A stretch of DNA of 64,000 nucleotides from Promethearchaeota archaeon (GTDB lineage: Archaea > Asgardarchaeota > Lokiarchaeia > Sigyniarchaeales > SOKP01), in NCBI GenBank assembly GCA_016839705.1, contig JAEOTR010000006.1:46802-110801 (forward strand), written 5' to 3'. The translations under genes were made by a program, and so were the position numbers. Under the pieces are notes generated by a model, which saw only the letters and a list, made by a program, of their open reading frames with translations, made no database searches and was not told where the DNA came from. Below are positions 10,853-21,112 of this stretch, piece after piece; within the stretch, counting starts at the first letter, position 1; every line of letters begins with the position of its first letter.

Positions 10853-11137
10853 CTACCCTCCTGATACAGGTGTTAAAAAAGCAATTACGTCTCTATCATG
10901 TATTTGAGCTAGTAATGGATCTTCATGAAGGAGTGCTTGATTATTTATTATTATTGAGATTAAACTGCTTACGTTTTGAGTATTTTCATCCCATAGTAAA
11001 TTTCGAAGGGGCATCTTATATTTAGTTAATAATAATTCGATCAAATTCTTTAATTGATTATTTGATAATTCAAATTCTTCTTTCTCTTTTCCGGTTATAT
11101 CTTTAAACTCAGCAAAATAGAGAACTTCTACAATCAT
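10853..11137 (-). CDS. moaD: MoaD/ThiS-like sulfur carrier (ubiquitin-like fold)
   Basis: VLYFA N-terminus and C-terminal PVSGG diglycine, within the moa operon. Confidence 0.9.
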   Translation of the reverse strand: MIVEVLYFAEFKDITGKEKEEFELSNNQLKNLIELLLTKYKMPLRNLLWDENTQNVSSLISIIINNQALLHEDPLLAQIHDRDVIAFLTPVSGG

Positions 11138-11162
11138 TTATTCAACCCAAATTCAATAATCT

Positions 11163-12080
11163 TTAATAATAGGGTTCTCGTGAATCTACAACTTGTTTAA
11201 CAATTTGTTCGTATTTAGATAGTGAATGATGATTTCGAAGAGCTTCTTTAATATTCTTTCCAAGATCAGATCTATATAAACATCCAAAAAGATTCCCGTC
11301 ACATCCAACACGTAATTTAGTACACCCCATACAAAATTCATGACTAGGTGTGATTGTTTCGACTACCGCTGAATTAGGCAACCTGATAACTTTACGATTT
11401 TGCATTGATCCTCTTACTTTCACTTCTTCTGCTCTTGCTTCAAGCATTTCTATAATAGGTTTCACATCTAAGTGATACTTCTCATAAAAATTCCCATTTC
11501 CTCCAATTGCATCAGAAACTTTGTGTAGTTCGATTAATTGCATAATAAAGTCATTTTTTGCACAATATTCAATCATATCTTCCAATTCATTATCATTTAA
11601 ACCTTTCATCAATACAAAGTTTAATTTTATGGGATTAAATCCAACTTCTTTTGCCTTCTGTAGACCTCTCAATACTTCTTCTAGGGTGTCTGAACCATAT
11701 ATTTTCTTATACACATTTGGTTTAAGACTAGCTAAAGAAACATTAATTCGATTTAAACCAGCATTAAACAATTCTTCTGCCTTTTTAAATAGAAGAAGTC
11801 CATTTGTAGTAATGGAGATATCTTTGTAGAGTTGTAGATCAGAGACATTTTTAATTATTTGAATTATTTCTTCCCGACATAATGGTTCGCCACCAGTAAA
11901 TTTGATTCTTGTGACATCTAAAATTTCCGCTAGAATTTTACATAATCTTGTTATTTCCTCTACAGAAAGCTCATTCGTCCGACTATATCCCTCCCTATCG
12001 CAATATAGGCATGAATATTGACACTTTGAAGTAATTGAAAACCTAATATGCTTAATTTTTCTGTTGTAATTATCTATCAT
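11163..12080 (-). CDS. moaA: GTP 3',8-cyclase (radical SAM)
   Basis: CQYSCLYC, FTGGEP, C-terminal FCMGCTKLRV...GCL cluster motif. Confidence 0.92.
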   Translation of the reverse strand: MIDNYNRKIKHIRFSITSKCQYSCLYCDREGYSRTNELSVEEITRLCKILAEILDVTRIKFTGGEPLCREEIIQIIKNVSDLQLYKDISITTNGLLLFKKAEELFNAGLNRINVSLASLKPNVYKKIYGSDTLEEVLRGLQKAKEVGFNPIKLNFVLMKGLNDNELEDMIEYCAKNDFIMQLIELHKVSDAIGGNGNFYEKYHLDVKPIIEMLEARAEEVKVRGSMQNRKVIRLPNSAVVETITPSHEFCMGCTKLRVGCDGNLFGCLYRSDLGKNIKEALRNHHSLSKYEQIVKQVVDSREPYY

Positions 12081-12091
12081 TTAACTTTGCA

Positions 12092-12520
12092 TTATTTCTT
12101 TATTTTTTCTTCAACTTTAATATCGTAGATTATTGTAGAAGGATATTGACCGTTTTCATCTTTCTCATACATCTTTAAAACGTCCCAAATATTTAAGAGT
12201 GCAATGCTAACACCTGTAAGAGCCTCCATCTCGACTCCTGTTTGCGCAACACTTTTAACCGTGCATGATACGTTTATAATAGTGTTTTTTTCAATATTAA
12301 AATCTACATTAATACTGCTTATAGGGATTGAGTGGCAAAAAGGAATCAAATCAGGTACTTTTTTAACTGCATTAATAGCCGCTATTTTAGCGATAGTTAA
12401 AACATCCCCTTTCTCTAGGGTTTTATTTTTAATTTTCTCGATTGTAGCCTTCGTTAGCTTTATTTTTCCAGATGCCTTTGCAATCCTTGTAACTGAATCT
12501 TTATTTGAAATATCAATCAT
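12092..12520 (-). CDS. moaC: cyclic pyranopterin monophosphate synthase
   Basis: MIDISNK, KGDVL, LIPFCH, TGVEMEALT. Confidence 0.93.
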   Translation of the reverse strand: MIDISNKDSVTRIAKASGKIKLTKATIEKIKNKTLEKGDVLTIAKIAAINAVKKVPDLIPFCHSIPISSINVDFNIEKNTIINVSCTVKSVAQTGVEMEALTGVSIALLNIWDVLKMYEKDENGQYPSTIIYDIKVEEKIKK

Positions 12521-12577
12521 TTATCGAAATATCCATTTATACATAACGAAAAACTTTGTGTTTTAAAAGGTTTTTTT

Positions 12578-13669
12578 TTATAAAATCTTGACATCTGTTG
12601 CTTTAAAATTGATAAAGACTTCAGATCCTATTTCTAAACCCAATTTTTCTTTTGAGAGTTCTGTAATTGTAATTAAAAACTTCTCGGAGCCACTAATAAT
12701 AATTAAATGACAAATATTCCCAAGATCACGAATATTTTCGATTTTACCTTTAAAGGTGTTCCGATAACTTGTATTTTTTGGAGGTTCTTTAACGATTCCA
12801 ATACTTTCTGGTCGTATACATACTTTTACTTCCCCTTCTTGTTGATCAGAGGCTGTTATGATTATATCACCCACCTGAATCTGAGATAAACCAGTGTTAT
12901 TATCTAATTCTGCAATACCATATAAAATATTTTCATATCCAACAAAAAGAGCTGTAAATTCATCCTTTGGAGCAATAAATATTTCATTCGGGCTTCCGAT
13001 TTGGGTTATTTGTCCATTGTTGAGTACTGCGATGCGATCTGCATATTTTATTGCTTCAAGTGGATCGTGAGTACTCATGATAATAGTTTTTTCTTTATCT
13101 TGCTTTATCTTCATTATAAAATCGTCTAATAATTTAACATTCATCGAATCAAGATTAGCTGATACTTCATCTAATAAATAAATTTCAGGATTAATAATAA
13201 AATTCATTGCTATCGCAACGCGTTGCATTTCACCCCCAGATAAAGATCGTGCATTTTTATTCTCCATACCGTTGAATCCTATAAAAGTAATAAGTTCTTG
13301 TACCGATTTTTTATACTCATCAAGCTTAATACCACGCACCTTTAAACCATACGCGATATTATTAAATAAAGTTGTATTCCGTACTACAGGTTTTTGTCTG
13401 ACAAATGAGAATTTTCTCCGATAATTGGTCAGTTCTTTTCCTGAAATTTTTGTTATATCTTTTCCATCATAAAATATTTGTCCTTGTGTAGCTGAATCTA
13501 GTAAACCTATTATTCTTAATAACGTAGTTTTACCGCTTCCATTTGGGCCAATAATAACAAAGCACTCCCCTTTTTCAACTGTAAAATTGATATTGGAGAG
13601 GATACTAATTACTGATTTATCTCCTTTATAAAAATTTTTACTAAGATCTTTTACATCAAGTAGTTTCAT
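12578..13669 (-). CDS. tupC: tungstate ABC transporter ATPase with C-terminal TOBE domains
   Basis: GPNGSGKT, LSGGEMQR, LLDE, TOBE-like tail; follows tupAB. Confidence 0.85.
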   Translation of the reverse strand: MKLLDVKDLSKNFYKGDKSVISILSNINFTVEKGECFVIIGPNGSGKTTLLRIIGLLDSATQGQIFYDGKDITKISGKELTNYRRKFSFVRQKPVVRNTTLFNNIAYGLKVRGIKLDEYKKSVQELITFIGFNGMENKNARSLSGGEMQRVAIAMNFIINPEIYLLDEVSANLDSMNVKLLDDFIMKIKQDKEKTIIMSTHDPLEAIKYADRIAVLNNGQITQIGSPNEIFIAPKDEFTALFVGYENILYGIAELDNNTGLSQIQVGDIIITASDQQEGEVKVCIRPESIGIVKEPPKNTSYRNTFKGKIENIRDLGNICHLIIISGSEKFLITITELSKEKLGLEIGSEVFINFKATDVKIL

Positions 13670-13670
13670 A

Positions 13671-14366
13671 CTAATCAGCTCGAGTTTGTAGACGAGTCAT
13701 TCCATAATTCACAATAAAAGCAGTTAAGATAAGGATTACACCCAAAGCGATTGCCATTCCAAATTCTCCCATACGCGTTTGAAGTACAATGGAAGTAGTA
13801 AAGGTCCTTGTTTCCCAACGTATATTACCTCCTACAATCATTACAGCACCCACCTCTGAAATTGCTTGACCAAAAGCGACAAGAAATCCAGCAATTATGG
13901 ATTTTTTTGAATGTTTTATTAGTTCCCACCATAGTTGTCGTTCATTAGCGCCTAAGGAAAGAACAGTTTCCTTTAAAGAAGGATCGATACTTTCAATAGC
14001 TGCCTTTGCGGTCCCCATTATAATAGGAACAGCTAAAAGAAATTGAGCTACTATCATGGCTGTTGTTGAATAAAGTAGTCCTAAAACACCAAATGGACCA
14101 TTACGAGAAAGTAGTAGATAAACAATCAATCCCATTACCACAGGGGGAAATCCCATAAACGTATTAATCAAATTTGATAATTCTTTCTTTCCCTTGAATT
14201 TTCTCAAGCCTATATATGATCCAATTGGCAATGCAACTAAAGCAGCCAGAAACGTTGATGTTAATGAGACTCGAAATGAGACTTCAATAATACCCCAAAC
14301 TTCTGGATCAAACATGAAGATTAAACGAATAGCTTCTAATATTCCCTCTATAATTTCATTTGCCAT
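13671..14366 (-). CDS. tupB: tungstate ABC transporter permease
   Basis: NTFMGFPPVVMGL, SEVGAVMIVGGNI, TRTFTT. Confidence 0.92.
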   Translation of the reverse strand: MANEIIEGILEAIRLIFMFDPEVWGIIEVSFRVSLTSTFLAALVALPIGSYIGLRKFKGKKELSNLINTFMGFPPVVMGLIVYLLLSRNGPFGVLGLLYSTTAMIVAQFLLAVPIIMGTAKAAIESIDPSLKETVLSLGANERQLWWELIKHSKKSIIAGFLVAFGQAISEVGAVMIVGGNIRWETRTFTTSIVLQTRMGEFGMAIALGVILILTAFIVNYGMTRLQTRAD

Positions 14367-14410
14367 AATTCCGACTTATATTAAAAAAATTGATATTTGT
14401 TATATTTTTT

Positions 14411-15445
14411 TTAGATTGTTAAACTTACAAATTCGGCTTGAAATGGAGTCCATATCGCAGTCTCATTATTAGTTGTAGTACAACTTGTTGTACTATTGCA
14501 CAGTCCAAAACTTGAATGGAATAAAACAGCATTATTTTTTGTGTATGCATTAATTAAGGTCTGACCGTAAGGAGATGTAAGAAAGCCAACAAATCTACAT
14601 GCAGAAAGGAATTTCACATGTGGATGCAAAACAGGATTAACAGGAATAGCGCCATATGGATTTAGCAGGAAATCTTCACCAACTACAGACGCTGCAAGAA
14701 TATTCAAAGATGTATAAGTATCATTAAATGACAACCATGTACCTCGATCTACAATCGTATATCCCTCATGAGTTGCATCATCATCTTCCCAAGTCATTAA
14801 TAATGTTGAAGCCATACCTTGCCCCGTTTCCGTATATTTATCTGGTTGTCCCGCCCATTTTGTTGCAGCAATAACACCAATCTCTCCCCACAACTCTTTT
14901 TCTTTTGAATGAGTGCCCGAATTGTCACCTCTTGAATAAAAAGTCATATTCCCTGTGTCAATTGCATCTCGTAATTTCGTCATTACAGTTGTTATATTAT
15001 CATCTGGTAGCAAATTAGCTGGATTAGACGAATGTCCAACGATTATAAAGTCATTGTACATTACACAAGCGCGATGTATTCCATAGGAAATACCATCAAC
15101 ACCAAGACTAGAATTAACAAAATCATCTTCTCTCGATCTTGAATGAACTAGAATTACGTCAGCATTTCCATCTTTCCCATACTGTATTGCAGTCCCAGTT
15201 CCAACTGATAACACTTTTATTTGAATTCCCGTCTGTTCAGTAAATTTTGGAAGTAAATAGTCTAATAATCCTGAATCATATGTGGAAGTAGTAGTGGCTA
15301 ATGTTATTTTTTCTGGATTTTGGGCATTCAAATAATCTATTGCAAAATATGCTCCAATAGAACCACCTGCAATAATCACTATAGCTAATATTACAGCTGT
15401 TTTATGTTCAAGTATTCTTCCTTTTAAAGTTTTTCTTGAAGACAT
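14411..15445 (-). CDS. tupA: tungstate-binding protein, N-terminally membrane-anchored
   Basis: TupA signature ATTTSTYDSGLL, VGTGTA, SRGDNSGTH, GQGM. Confidence 0.93.
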   Translation of the reverse strand: MSSRKTLKGRILEHKTAVILAIVIIAGGSIGAYFAIDYLNAQNPEKITLATTTSTYDSGLLDYLLPKFTEQTGIQIKVLSVGTGTAIQYGKDGNADVILVHSRSREDDFVNSSLGVDGISYGIHRACVMYNDFIIVGHSSNPANLLPDDNITTVMTKLRDAIDTGNMTFYSRGDNSGTHSKEKELWGEIGVIAATKWAGQPDKYTETGQGMASTLLMTWEDDDATHEGYTIVDRGTWLSFNDTYTSLNILAASVVGEDFLLNPYGAIPVNPVLHPHVKFLSACRFVGFLTSPYGQTLINAYTKNNAVLFHSSFGLCNSTTSCTTTNNETAIWTPFQAEFVSLTI

Positions 15446-15509
15446 CTTATTTTTTCAGATTTTTTTTGTTTGATAAAACGATAGGTATCACCGTCTTTGT
15501 AGCTATGAC

Positions 15510-15533
15510 CATTATGTACAATCATACATATCG
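15510..15533. promoter_or_regulatory. ModE-box-like operator of the tup/moa operon
   Basis: Minus strand CG-A-TATGTA-N6-TACATA-A-TG, about 27 nt downstream of TTTATAAA (15568-15561). Confidence 0.6.
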
Positions 15534-15648
15534 TCTGTTAAATGCTTAAATCACAAATTATTTATAAATTTACCTAGAAAAAATAATAAAAAAGAGGAGT
15601 TAGAAATGAATAATTCTTTACATATTCAAAATTCCATTTTACTTACAG

Positions 15649-16452
15649 CTAATCAGTTTTTTCTTTAAGTGGTGTGAGGTCAGACGCATCCTTTAAAAAA
15701 AGTATAGCATGAGACATCAATAGAATATTGAGTACATATGTAATATCAATCAAGAAATATATATCAATCTGAAATCGTCCATACCTTGCATTCCCAATTA
15801 ACAAATCGGAGAACACAAAGATCGCTGAGGCCAAAACAATCATTACGCGAAATATTATTGATCTTTGGGTATAACCCAATCCAAACCAAGAGATACATGC
15901 CATAGATCCAATAGCAGCTACATACGGGATTACTATTAGAGACTCTGTGTCACTCCAAACAAATACAATAAAGGCCACTGGAATAAATATAGCCCAAAAT
16001 ATTACAGATGTTATGAAAACACGACGAAGTTTTGGATGACTTAGTGGAACTCGTGGACCAATCGAAAAAATTCCTGAGAAAGCAATAATTAAGGAAAACT
16101 GCATTAACAAATACACAATAACTCCGATGATAAAATCATAATGAATGGTAATAGTAGCGATAAGTCCAACGATCATTGAGATTACAATCCAATTTAGAAA
16201 GCGTTGTGGTTTTAGTTGATAAGTATCTACGGGATTAGTGCTGTTTATAATATCCTCAAACTTTTTAGTATCAATCGAGTAAAATCTAATAATTAAAGTA
16301 GATAATGTTATAATGATGCTAGCAAGCCATGCAATGAAAACAATCTTTGATCCTTGAATTTGATTAATAAGTTCTGATATTATTATTGTTATAAAACCTG
16401 CTATCCCCAGTATAGAAGGTAAAATAGTATATTTTGATAGTTTTAGATTCAT
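15649..16452 (-). CDS. YhhN/TMEM86 (lysoplasmalogenase-like) membrane protein
   Basis: About 8 TM segments, VIPY...IGSM, IFVFSDLLIG motif. Confidence 0.55.
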   Translation of the reverse strand: MNLKLSKYTILPSILGIAGFITIIISELINQIQGSKIVFIAWLASIIITLSTLIIRFYSIDTKKFEDIINSTNPVDTYQLKPQRFLNWIVISMIVGLIATITIHYDFIIGVIVYLLMQFSLIIAFSGIFSIGPRVPLSHPKLRRVFITSVIFWAIFIPVAFIVFVWSDTESLIVIPYVAAIGSMACISWFGLGYTQRSIIFRVMIVLASAIFVFSDLLIGNARYGRFQIDIYFLIDITYVLNILLMSHAILFLKDASDLTPLKEKTD

Positions 16453-16577
16453 TTTTCCATCATCTTTGACTTATAAATTTAACATATTCTAAATGCTAAT
16501 TAAATAAAAAGGTTATGAAAAGATTTTCATTCCCTTGATGGGATAAAGAATGCTAATAAAATAATATAATTATGGTT

Positions 16578-17393
16578 CTATTTTGTAGCTTTTAAAGTGA
16601 ATAAAAGAGGAATTTCTGCTTTTTGGTTTTTTAAATGACAATAACCATCGGGTCCTTTTTCTGCAAACGGGAATTGCTTCCAGACAGTGAACGGATATTC
16701 ATTTAGAAATTCAATTCTCAAACCCGCTTCAATAAGTGAATTAATGATATCTGACATGCTATGAGCCCATTCATATTCTTTTTTTGGTTCAATTTTAACA
16801 TCTGAACCATATGATCCATCAGCAGTAAATTCCATCGGTTCTGGATGATAGAAGTAATTGTAATAAACCTGAAGGTCTTTGATATCTTCAGTTTCATTGT
16901 CAAAAACCATTGAAAATGGATGAATTTCAGCAATGTAAAAGAATCCACCTGGTTTTAGGAAATGAGTAATGATTTTTCCCCATTCTTTTAGATCGTATAG
17001 CCAACAGAGTACTCCGATTGAAGTATATACAATATCAAATTTTTCAGTTAGAACCTTAGGCAAATCATAGAGATTTGATTCAATGAAATTAGCTTTAAGT
17101 TTCGCTTGCTTAGCAAGTAGTTTTGCTAATCGAACTCCCTCACTGGATATGTCAGTTCCTGTAACTGTTGCTCCTTCTCTTGCCCAAGAAAGTGTATCAA
17201 GACCAAAATGACATTGGAGATGTAATAATGATTTACCTCTCACATTTCCCATTTCTTTTAATTCATAGGATTTCAGGGTATTTTGCCCTTCTAAAAATGC
17301 TTTAACGCTATATTCTTCACTTTCTGCTTCATAATGTAACCTAGCAAACGCATCCCAGAGTTCTTTGTTTGCATCAAAATATTTTTTATTCAA
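16578..17393 (-). CDS. class I SAM-dependent methyltransferase
   Basis: LLHLQCHFGLD, FDIVYTS, LKPGG. Confidence 0.88.
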   Translation of the reverse strand: MNKKYFDANKELWDAFARLHYEAESEEYSVKAFLEGQNTLKSYELKEMGNVRGKSLLHLQCHFGLDTLSWAREGATVTGTDISSEGVRLAKLLAKQAKLKANFIESNLYDLPKVLTEKFDIVYTSIGVLCWLYDLKEWGKIITHFLKPGGFFYIAEIHPFSMVFDNETEDIKDLQVYYNYFYHPEPMEFTADGSYGSDVKIEPKKEYEWAHSMSDIINSLIEAGLRIEFLNEYPFTVWKQFPFAEKGPDGYCHLKNQKAEIPLLFTLKATK

Positions 17394-17427
17394 ATAATAT
17401 CACTCTCTCCTCTTCATTAAAAATAAT

Positions 17428-18237
17428 TCAAAACACTAAGTATTTAAATTTTTCATCAGATATTAACCATGCTTCTATGAAATCATCTCTAGCCCTTGTG
17501 TTCCAAATATTTTCAATATTCTGGATACCGTAACTTAGATCGATTAGTAATTCTCTATCAACAACATATTCCTCATGTGACGGATAAATTTCAATGTTCC
17601 CTCTTTCTTGAAAAAGGTTTAACAATTTTAAGAGACTCGTTAGATGAGTAGTGAAATCTTCTTTTGAAACATATATAGCACCATAATGAGCAGTATCACC
17701 AGTAAAAAGCTCATTTCTATTTGTTAATAAAGAAATTGAGCCTGAAGAATGTCCTGGTGTATGAATAACTTTAACCGATAGTTCACCTAACTCTATAATT
17801 TCATTATCATCTATAGATTTAATATTTTTAACAGGTGGAATAGTAAAGTTATTGCTTTCAAATAGTTTAGCGATTTCTTTAGGAGAATCTTTTAAGAAAG
17901 AAATATCCATTGGTTTGGAAATTGAATTTATTTCTTCATTGTGAATAAGAATTTCATCAAATTCATAATTTCCACCTACATGATCAAAATGAGAGTGGGT
18001 ATTAATTACCAATAGCGTTTTGTCTTGAATTAAATCATCTACGACTGGTTTAAGAGGGAATAATCCACATCCTGTATCAATCAATAGAGCAGAATGAGAT
18101 CCAATAATTAAAAACAAATTATCGTAAGTAGTATAAAATCGAGGATCAATTTCATCAAGTCTTTCTCGTATCACATACAAGTACTCTTTATGTTTTATGA
18201 TTTCAAACCAATTTCTATTCTCGCTATAATCCCCCAT
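17428..18237 (-). CDS. MBL-fold metallo-hydrolase
   Basis: LIDTG, THSHFDHVGG, HTPGHS, FTGD. Confidence 0.88.
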   Translation of the reverse strand: MGDYSENRNWFEIIKHKEYLYVIRERLDEIDPRFYTTYDNLFLIIGSHSALLIDTGCGLFPLKPVVDDLIQDKTLLVINTHSHFDHVGGNYEFDEILIHNEEINSISKPMDISFLKDSPKEIAKLFESNNFTIPPVKNIKSIDDNEIIELGELSVKVIHTPGHSSGSISLLTNRNELFTGDTAHYGAIYVSKEDFTTHLTSLLKLLNLFQERGNIEIYPSHEEYVVDRELLIDLSYGIQNIENIWNTRARDDFIEAWLISDEKFKYLVF

Positions 18238-18356
18238 AAATTAATTCATCTATCTGCGAGGTATATTTTGAATTTAGAAACAATATGTAAAAAGATTGAT
18301 ATAGAATTATTCTGTTATATTTATAAATATAAGCTTATTTCCTATAGTAGATTAGT

Positions 18357-19109
18357 ATGGCGACATGGGGTGCTCATTTTCGTATTGCAGAGAATATTCT
18401 GAAAGAATATCCTAATTTAAAAAGAAAGTATTTTGCCATAGGTAATATAGCCCCTGATGGCGGAGTTCCTAACGAAAATTGGACCTCCTTTACACCATCT
18501 AAGGATATAACTCACTTCATCATTGCAAAGGATGATTTTATGGTAATTAAACTAGATAAATTCATTCTAAATGATATTGAATTTTTTTCAAGATATTTGA
18601 AGGATATAAATTTAAGTTCTCTGGAAAGCTCTCAATCTTTTCTTCTTGGGTATTTTACTCATCTCATAACAGATAATTTATGGAATTATTATATTATGAA
18701 ACCATTAAAAGAAAAGCATTTGGAAGAGCTTCGAAGTGATCTAAATTTTATATGGAAGGTTAAATCAGATTGGTATGATTTGGACAAGATATACTTGACA
18801 GAGAAAAAGGATTCTTTATTTTGGACAGACTTTCTAAAGACGGAATATGATGAACATTTCCTTGATTTTCTACCCAAAGAAGGGATTCTACATCAGATTA
18901 AACTCATTAAAAATTTTTACCAGATCTCTGAGGAGGAATATTCAAGAATTTCAAAGAGAGAGTATGTTTATCTAAAAAAGGAAGAAATGGATAAATTCAT
19001 TCAAGATTCTACTCAGGTGATATTACTTATACTTGAACAAGTTTTTAACAAGAATTTTAACCTTACAGGAAAAATATCATTTTTAGATGATATTATCAAC
19101 TGGAATTGA
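18357..19109 (+). CDS. zinc-dependent phospholipase C-family protein
   Basis: N-terminal WGAH, GNIAPD, GYFTHLITD. Confidence 0.7.
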   Translation: MATWGAHFRIAENILKEYPNLKRKYFAIGNIAPDGGVPNENWTSFTPSKDITHFIIAKDDFMVIKLDKFILNDIEFFSRYLKDINLSSLESSQSFLLGYFTHLITDNLWNYYIMKPLKEKHLEELRSDLNFIWKVKSDWYDLDKIYLTEKKDSLFWTDFLKTEYDEHFLDFLPKEGILHQIKLIKNFYQISEEEYSRISKREYVYLKKEEMDKFIQDSTQVILLILEQVFNKNFNLTGKISFLDDIINWN

Positions 19110-20247
19110 GAATGTTACTAACGAGTTTTTTATTTGATCTTTCCTCTAGTTTCATAATAACATGATAACTTAATCTCCCAATCTGTACTTTCACTGAAAC
19201 ATGTCCTTGCCATAATTTATATATTGCTCTTAATACAAGAGTCATTAAAATAAAAACACCAGCGGCAAAGAACCAAATATCAATCACATTTAATTGGTTG
19301 AGAAAAAGGAAATGTAGTATATTATGAGTAAGGAAAATTGTTAAGGAGTAATATGAGAAATAAAAGAATAACTTATAACTCTTTTTTGTCTTAATAATTT
19401 CAAAAATTTCAACTGACAAAAGTAATGAAATCAAAACAATATTTATTCCTAAAGAGTAAATTACCCAAGATAAGCTTTCCCTTAATAAATATCTTGGAAA
19501 TTCATAAAAAACTCCAAAGAGAATGAGGAACGCTCCAACTACCACCGATGGAAGTAGATAACTATATCCGAAAGATTTCCTTTTATTATTTTTAGATGAA
19601 TCCGAATAGAATGCCTCAAAAAGAGAATCCCCGATTACTGTTCCAAATAAAAAAAAGGGGAAGAATACTAATAGTGGAACTAAATGAATCCCACTATAAA
19701 ACACATGAAACAAGACTCCATATAAACTCAAGGTGCCTTCATGTGGTAATAATATATTAATTATGAATGGATTTACTATCCATAAAGCACATCCGAGGGT
19801 AATTCTAAACAGTTTTGAAGTTTTTAAAAGTGGCCATGCTATAATCAGTGAAATAGCTGCTGTTAGCAAAACAAACCAAGTCCAAATCCATTTAGGGGCC
19901 ATTAAAGAAATAGCAATAAAAATATTATAGAGTAAAGCAAGTATAAAAATAAAAAATGCACGCATGAGGTAAGAATTTCTTATAGCTCGATGAGAATAAC
20001 CTTTTGTATTGTTAACTTTTTTTAGTTTGTTTCTATAGGATAATGCTATGCTAATACCTGAAATGAATAGCAACCCTGAGGCCCCAAAAGAGTCAAAAAT
20101 CATTACAGTAATTCGATGCAACCAAATAAATTCACTTTTTAGCCACCAATCAATTAAGTGTGTTAAAACTATCCAGAACATGCATAATCCACGGAAAACA
20201 TCAATACTTTTTAGTCTATGAGATTGCATTTGAAGAAGTATAGCCAA
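19096..20247 (-). CDS. membrane acyltransferase (HGSNAT/DUF1624-like)
   Basis: RLKSIDVFRG, FISGIS, about 10 TM helices, YSLTIFLTH. Confidence 0.75.
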   Translation of the reverse strand: MAILLQMQSHRLKSIDVFRGLCMFWIVLTHLIDWWLKSEFIWLHRITVMIFDSFGASGLLFISGISIALSYRNKLKKVNNTKGYSHRAIRNSYLMRAFFIFILALLYNIFIAISLMAPKWIWTWFVLLTAAISLIIAWPLLKTSKLFRITLGCALWIVNPFIINILLPHEGTLSLYGVLFHVFYSGIHLVPLLVFFPFFLFGTVIGDSLFEAFYSDSSKNNKRKSFGYSYLLPSVVVGAFLILFGVFYEFPRYLLRESLSWVIYSLGINIVLISLLLSVEIFEIIKTKKSYKLFFYFSYYSLTIFLTHNILHFLFLNQLNVIDIWFFAAGVFILMTLVLRAIYKLWQGHVSVKVQIGRLSYHVIMKLEERSNKKLVSNILNSS

Positions 20248-20383
20248 TTACGAAATTTCGCAAAAAACAATTTTTTTTATAAAAAATAGGGATTGTGTCA
20301 ATATAAAGCTATGATCGAGAGATATATTTTCAAAAATATTCTATGAGATTGCCTAAAAATATATAAACTAAAAAAAAAATAAA

Positions 20384-21112
20384 TTAGGGTAATGTTACTT
20401 TCCCACTATTTTCGTCAAGATTAAGAATTCCTTTAACTGCAAGCTGTTTTATAGTGCGAACTGCCATTATTGGTGGAACATCTAAGAGTTTTTTTAAATC
20501 ATCTAATTTTGCTTCTCCCTGGTCCATGATTGTGGCTAATATATCAACTTCATGAATTTCTTCGTCAGAATTTTCAATCAAAAATGAAGTAAAAAAATTT
20601 TCTTGTCTCAATTGATTAATTTTAGCTTCTAGATCATCCATCTTTTTCTGGTAAGTATTATTTAATTCTGCTTCACGGTTTTCATTTTCAACAGTTTTTT
20701 GATCTAGTGCTGTTTTGTCTTCTTCTTTAATAGTTATTTTTTCATTTACAGAACCAAGTTTTTCCTCAAGTTGGGTAAGTTCAAATGCCGGTTTTTTCAA
20801 ATCATTAACGCTTGTTTCTAAAGTATTTGTTAGTTCAGAAATTTTTGAATTGAACTCATCCTTTTTTGCTTTAAGCCCTTCTATTGTTCTGTCTAATTCT
20901 TCGGATTTTGTTCTTAATTCTGTTAACTCTGAATTCTGAGCAGATAATTTTTCCTTGATTGTTTCTTCTTCTTTTTGTTCAGCTTGCATAAATTTCCATG
21001 CTTCTCTTAACTGAGAAAGAACTTCTTCATTATGTTTTTGTAGAACTTGCCAATAAGTGTCGTAAGCGGTCTCAAATTGTTCAATCAATGCTAATATTTC
21101 TGGTGAACTCAT
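20384..21112 (-). CDS. coiled-coil protein with C-terminal winged-helix-like domain
   Basis: About 170 aa heptad region, then ILATIMDQGEAKLDDLKKLLDVPP...TIKQLAVKGILNLDENSGKVTL. Confidence 0.7.
   Translation of the reverse strand: MSSPEILALIEQFETAYDTYWQVLQKHNEEVLSQLREAWKFMQAEQKEEETIKEKLSAQNSELTELRTKSEELDRTIEGLKAKKDEFNSKISELTNTLETSVNDLKKPAFELTQLEEKLGSVNEKITIKEEDKTALDQKTVENENREAELNNTYQKKMDDLEAKINQLRQENFFTSFLIENSDEEIHEVDILATIMDQGEAKLDDLKKLLDVPPIMAVRTIKQLAVKGILNLDENSGKVTLP

Noticed and set aside
15446-15540. Moco/tungsten-cofactor riboswitch
   Set aside because: Only two simple hairpins are present, one better explained as a DNA operator; the multi-stem Moco RNA architecture is not recognisable.
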